Of a DNA stretch of 64,000 nucleotides, positions 60,327-64,000 are shown in pieces. Position 1 is the first letter of the stretch, and every line of letters starts with the position of its first letter. Position numbers and translations under genes: made by a program. The stretch covers positions 1 through 64,000 of the IMG/VR virus record IMGVR_UViG_3300033120_000925. One strand, 5' to 3'. The notes below the pieces were generated by a model, which was not told the origin of the DNA, searched no databases, and saw nothing but the letters and a program-made list of their open reading frames with translations. This DNA is from a virus. Taxonomy: Duplodnaviria; Caudoviricetes.

Positions 60327-60692
60327 CTAAAACTCTTTCTTAACCAAAAGAAAAAAATCATCTTTTATCTCACAATACCCTTTATCGTAAACAAAATAAT
60401 ACTTGTTTCCAGTTTTAGCCTCCAAAAAACTTGTAAAAAATTCAAAATCAAAACCTTTTTTCTTCAAAAGTTTACGTTCTACTTTTGGATTTTCGCATAC
60501 ATTTAATTCAGTCAAAATACGATAATTTTTACGTAGGCGATTGTTTATATTCCTCACTAAATTTGTAGCGTCTTTGTTTTGACGGTTATTGTACGTATTC
60601 CGGCACTTGTTGGAGCAAAACATCTTATCTTCCCTTCCAAAAATTTCTTCTCCACATTCGGCACAAAATCGCTTTTCTTTTATTGGTTCCAT
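60327..60692 (-). CDS. DUF2116-like zinc-ribbon protein of Bacteroidota type
   Basis: CAECGEEIFGREDKMFCSNKCRNTYNN. Confidence 0.75.
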   Translation of the reverse strand: MEPIKEKRFCAECGEEIFGREDKMFCSNKCRNTYNNRQNKDATNLVRNINNRLRKNYRILTELNVCENPKVERKLLKKKGFDFEFFTSFLEAKTGNKYYFVYDKGYCEIKDDFFLLVKKEF

Positions 60693-61924
60693 TGTCGTTT
60701 CATTATTTCGGCATATTCTACCTTACTTGTTTTATTGTAGTGGTCTAATTGGGAGCTTTTTTTACTCCAGCCACAAATTGATTTTATCACGGCATCATCT
60801 ACCTTGCCATAGTTATTCGTAGCAAAACTTCGGCGACAAACGTGTGACGAAATTAGTTTATATTTCTCGAAATACCCAACTTTTTTTCTTTTTAAAACTT
60901 TATCGAACAATTTACCGTAAACCAAATTATCTATTTCGCATACTTGGCAAATGGTTTTAATGTGCTTGTTAAAATCCGAACTGCTTATTTTTTGGGGTAA
61001 ATATCCAAAATTATCATTTAGTAATTTTTCTACTTGAAAATGAATCGGGATAACTACCTTAGCTTTTGTTTTTTGAGTTTTAATTGTAAAATTACCATCC
61101 TTTATATTATTTGCATCAAGTTTCAAAAAGTCACTCACACGAAGTCCTGTAAATAATCCCAAAATAAAGTTTTGCTTTGCAACGTTCAATTCTTCGTCAT
61201 ACGAAAAATCCTTGTCGATTATCTTCTGGATTTCCTGCTCATTCAAATAAACTCCCTCAATATCATTTTCGGGATCGAAATAAATTCTTTCCTTAAATGC
61301 TTGACTTACTTCAAAATCCATTTCTGTAGCACGATTAAAAAAGAAGCGCAATCTACCTATGTTTCTTTCTATCGTAGAGTTTTGGTAGTTTTCGGTTTCC
61401 TGCCAATCGATAAATCCCTCCAAATCTTTTTTGGTATTGTTACGAAGCGTGATTTTCTCTCCTATTACTTTTTCGTATTCCACAAGAGTTTCGACGAATT
61501 TCTTGTATTGGTTCTTCGCCGGTTCTTCCATTTTCTTTTTGGCCGAAACTTTCCAGTCCGAGGAAAAATTTTCCAACCAATATGTAGCAAAGTCCGAAAC
61601 GTAAATCGTATGTAATGGACTTACCATCGAAATTTCCTCTTTCGGGCGCATAAATGTAGTTTTAATTACCTTTTGCAACCAAATCTTATCAATCAAAACT
61701 CCACGGCAAAAGTCTTTATTGTATTGCTTTAAAATATCCGTTTTAAGCTCTTGTAAAGCAATAGTCACTTCATTATTCCCTACAACAGTTTCCGTCGCAG
61801 AAACCCATTCAGAATCCGTCAGCATCACGTTTATCGCTGCCGACACGTCCAACTTATGATGATAGAAGCGAACAGATAATTTCTTTATCGCCTTTGTTCC
61901 GTTTAATGTGAATTTGATATTCAT
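60680..61924 (-). CDS. int: Tyrosine integrase (Bacteroidota arm/SAM-like type)
   Basis: Catalytic GLRVSD, KTQKT, HVCRRSFAT, GW, Y residues present. Confidence 0.92.
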   Translation of the reverse strand: MNIKFTLNGTKAIKKLSVRFYHHKLDVSAAINVMLTDSEWVSATETVVGNNEVTIALQELKTDILKQYNKDFCRGVLIDKIWLQKVIKTTFMRPKEEISMVSPLHTIYVSDFATYWLENFSSDWKVSAKKKMEEPAKNQYKKFVETLVEYEKVIGEKITLRNNTKKDLEGFIDWQETENYQNSTIERNIGRLRFFFNRATEMDFEVSQAFKERIYFDPENDIEGVYLNEQEIQKIIDKDFSYDEELNVAKQNFILGLFTGLRVSDFLKLDANNIKDGNFTIKTQKTKAKVVIPIHFQVEKLLNDNFGYLPQKISSSDFNKHIKTICQVCEIDNLVYGKLFDKVLKRKKVGYFEKYKLISSHVCRRSFATNNYGKVDDAVIKSICGWSKKSSQLDHYNKTSKVEYAEIMKRQWNQ

Positions 61925-61943
61925 AATATAAAGTTTTGATAAG

Positions 61944-62033
61944 CAAAGTTACATATAAATAATCAAATATAGATATATTTTCAGAAATAATTTCATTTTA
62001 ACTGTCTATATATGAAATTAATTCCTATCTTTG
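61944..62033. promoter_or_regulatory. Divergent int/xis promoters (minus TAACTTTG at 61944-61951, plus TATCTTTG at 62026-62033)
   Basis: Match to Bacteroidetes -7 box. Confidence 0.65.
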
Positions 62034-62064
62034 CGAAACAATTTCCATTTAAAAACAAATAAAA

Positions 62065-62298
62065 ATGAAAGAAAAGATATTTATAGAGCTAACAGATGAC
62101 CAAATAAATAAAGTCTTTGAATCTCGACAACCAAAAATAATTGAGCCAATAACTTTTTCAATAACGGATGCGGCTAAAAAATTAGGTATAAGCAAAGCGC
62201 ATATTTACATACTAATAAACTCCGGCGAGATTAAAAAAATTATAATTGGAAAATCGCCAAGAATTCACATAGACGAAATAAATAAATTTTTGTTATGA
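62065..62298 (+). CDS. Excisionase-like HTH protein
   Basis: SITDAAKKLGISKAHIYILINSGEI...RIHIDEI; divergent from integrase. Confidence 0.75.
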   Translation: MKEKIFIELTDDQINKVFESRQPKIIEPITFSITDAAKKLGISKAHIYILINSGEIKKIIIGKSPRIHIDEINKFLL

Positions 62299-63020
62299 AA
62301 GATCAAGTAGAGGTTTGGAAGCCTATTCCTGGATATGAAGGAAAGTATGAGTTTAGTAATTTACATAATGTAAAATCATTAAGTAGATTTATTAAAAGAG
62401 GAAATGGTGGTTTTTGGTCAAAAGAAAAGATATTAAAGATTTTTTTAGAGGAAGGATATTATAAAGTAGGGTTATGCTTAAATGGAAAATCTAAAAGTTT
62501 TGGAATACATCAATTAGTTGCTATGGAGTTTTTAAATCATACTCCCTGTGGGTTTGAATTAGTTGTAGAACATAAAAATCAAATCAGGACTGATAATAGA
62601 ATTGAAAATTTAGAGATAATTACTCAAAGGAAAAACGCAAATAAAAAGCATTTAAAAAGCAGTAGTAAATACACTGGGGTTTCGTGGCATAAAAAGAATA
62701 ATAAATGGAGGTCGGCAATAGTTATCGAAGGAAAAGTAAAACATTTAGGATATTTTGAGATAGAGGAAGAAGCATCAGAATACTATGAAAACGCATTGAA
62801 AAATCATTTATCAGGATTACCTATTAAAACTAAAAATGCAAATTTTAGTTCTAAATACGAAGGAGTTTCTTTAAGTAAAGCAGCTAAAAAATATATGGCA
62901 AGAATAACGATAAAAGGAAAACAAATTTATTTAGGTAGTTTCAATACAGAATTAGAAGCTCATCTAAAATATCAAAATCAATATCGGGAAATCGCCGAGG
63001 ATATGCAGGGCAGAAATTGA
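62295..63020 (+). CDS. NUMOD4-HNH endonuclease with two AP2-like domains
   Basis: EVWKPIPGYEGKYEFSN, VEHKNQIRTDNRIENL, two SKYxGVS...YLGxF repeats. Confidence 0.88.
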   Translation: MKDQVEVWKPIPGYEGKYEFSNLHNVKSLSRFIKRGNGGFWSKEKILKIFLEEGYYKVGLCLNGKSKSFGIHQLVAMEFLNHTPCGFELVVEHKNQIRTDNRIENLEIITQRKNANKKHLKSSSKYTGVSWHKKNNKWRSAIVIEGKVKHLGYFEIEEEASEYYENALKNHLSGLPIKTKNANFSSKYEGVSLSKAAKKYMARITIKGKQIYLGSFNTELEAHLKYQNQYREIAEDMQGRN

Positions 63021-63051
63021 CAAGTTTTTACCCGCTCCTGAATCGTAGTAT

Positions 63052-63188
63052 TCCTGATAACGTTTTGCGTGTATAAGAAGTGGCGGATTAGAACTCCAAA
63101 ACTTTCAGAAAGCACGAAACTGAAATAGAAAAACAGAACTTAAATTAATAACAAAACTAACGCTGAAATGTAGCTGTTGTTACAGGAC
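63052..63188. mobile_element. Degenerate attC-like site 1 (TCCTGATAAC ... GTTACAGGAC)
   Basis: Complementary AAC/GTT ends; inner arms pair poorly. Confidence 0.45.
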
Positions 63189-63209
63189 GGCACTAAAATC
63201 AAATAAAAA

Positions 63210-63479
63210 ATGGGAACATTAAGAAACTTAAAAGGAACTTCTGTAGAAGAAATTGAATGTGAATTTATCACAAAACCATCTGAAATAAAAGATGTTTTAA
63301 AAAACGGAAAAGCCTGTACTGCTGCTGACAGCAATGGTGCGATTAATATATGGAAAGATGATAACGGATTAATTCGTTGTGAATCTATGGCGTATTATCG
63401 CTCTCTTGATACAAAAGAATTTGAAAATATTAAGGACGTAGAAAATTGGGCTAAAAAATGGCTTCGCAAGATAAAGTAA
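63210..63479 (+). CDS. Hypothetical protein, putative cassette ORF
   Basis: ORF track; bracketed by 10-bp perfect inverted repeats. Confidence 0.7.
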   Translation: MGTLRNLKGTSVEEIECEFITKPSEIKDVLKNGKACTAADSNGAINIWKDDNGLIRCESMAYYRSLDTKEFENIKDVENWAKKWLRKIK

Positions 63480-63492
63480 TGTTGCTCTCGCT

Positions 63493-63573
63493 GTCCTGTA
63501 ACGGGCTCCGGCTTGTTCGTCGTTCCGAGAGGAGCTTGCTCCGAAGCGGAATGCGTACAAGCCGGTGATGGGG
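63493..63573. mobile_element. attC-like site 2
   Basis: GTCCTGTAAC left end, 9-bp perfect stem CCGGCTTGT/ACAAGCCGG, bulged T, inner GGAGC-TT-GCTCC hairpin; right end reads GATGGGG. Confidence 0.6.
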
Positions 63574-63645
63574 AAAAGGGGCGTTCCGCTCACCAAGGCG
63601 AAGCCGGAGCCCGATGGAGTGCAGCCCGGAGGGATGTACTCCATC

Positions 63646-63730
63646 GGTCTAGCTTGTAGCTGTATGCCAAGATAGAACGTGAATAGAAAGAAAATAGTCA
63701 TAGCATATAGCTACAAGCGTATGTTAGGGT
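63646..63730. mobile_element. attC-like site 3
   Basis: GCTTGTAGCTGTATGC / GCATATAGCTACAAGC arms then GTTAGGGT. Confidence 0.55.
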
Positions 63731-63822
63731 TCGTTGCGGATGATTAAAGAAGGTTTCATCGAGTACAAAAACGTCTCTCACGATTGAAAGATAAGGCGTT
63801 CCTTCATTTTTAAATTTATATT

Positions 63823-64000
63823 ATGAAATTAACAGATAAACAATTTAGGGTTTTAGAGTTTTTGATAAATAAAGGAAGAAATTATAATACTTCTGTTCAC
63901 GGAACTATGCTGACTAAAATTATCTATGATGAAGAAACTATTAAAAAATATTCTTTTGCTAGAACTGCTAAAATGGTAATTGACACAATGACTTTTTCTT
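63823..64000 (+). CDS. Hypothetical protein, truncated by window end
   Basis: Open frame MKLTDKQFRVLEFLINKGR... to 64000 (manual translation). Confidence 0.5.
   Translation, partial: MKLTDKQFRVLEFLINKGRNYNTSVHGTMLTKIIYDEETIKKYSFARTAKMVIDTMTFS

Noticed and set aside
60680-61924. Integrase as an integron IntI
   Set aside because: It has an N-terminal arm/SAM-like architecture and a divergent excisionase typical of phage integrases, and no IntI-specific insertion was recognised.
62805-62815. TTATCAGGA inside the HNH gene as partner of the TCCTGATAAC end at 63052
   Set aside because: It is a short match inside a coding region, lacks the GTT core and is plausible by chance.
1-64000. tRNA/rRNA genes and stop-codon reassignment
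   Set aside because: No cloverleaf or rRNA sequence was recognised by eye (tRNAscan not run), and core genes are intact under the standard code.

Overview
The whole window looks like a temperate, podovirus-type phage of a Bacteroidota (probably Flavobacterium-like) host, apparently most of a genome; no host housekeeping genes are visible. Layout: (+) 1.1-9.2 kb regulation, Sak-like recombination and lambda-like replication genes; (-) 9.2-44.9 kb virion, packaging and lysis genes (ejection proteins, tail, major capsid, scaffold, portal, terminase, amidase/holins, two fibre genes); (+) groEL-groES; (-) 47-53 kb accessory genes including DUF3127 SSB and a C5 cytosine methyltransferase; a ~1 kb divergent non-coding gap; (+) 54.4-60.3 kb array of small early genes; a tyrosine integrase with a divergent excisionase-like gene; and an HNH gene followed by integron attC-like palindromes. 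Best leads: (1) an attC-like gene-cassette signature at 63.05-63.73 kb, part of which recurs exactly at 4-76; (2) a fixed-spacing late-promoter/operator motif in five copies, two of them bidirectional, one apparently driving a structured non-coding RNA; (3) a 6x120-bp mosaic beta-propeller repeat in the main fibre; (4) an apparent TerS-TerL fusion and a GroEL with an altered ATP-binding motif. All product calls come from motif recognition by eye, not from database searches.
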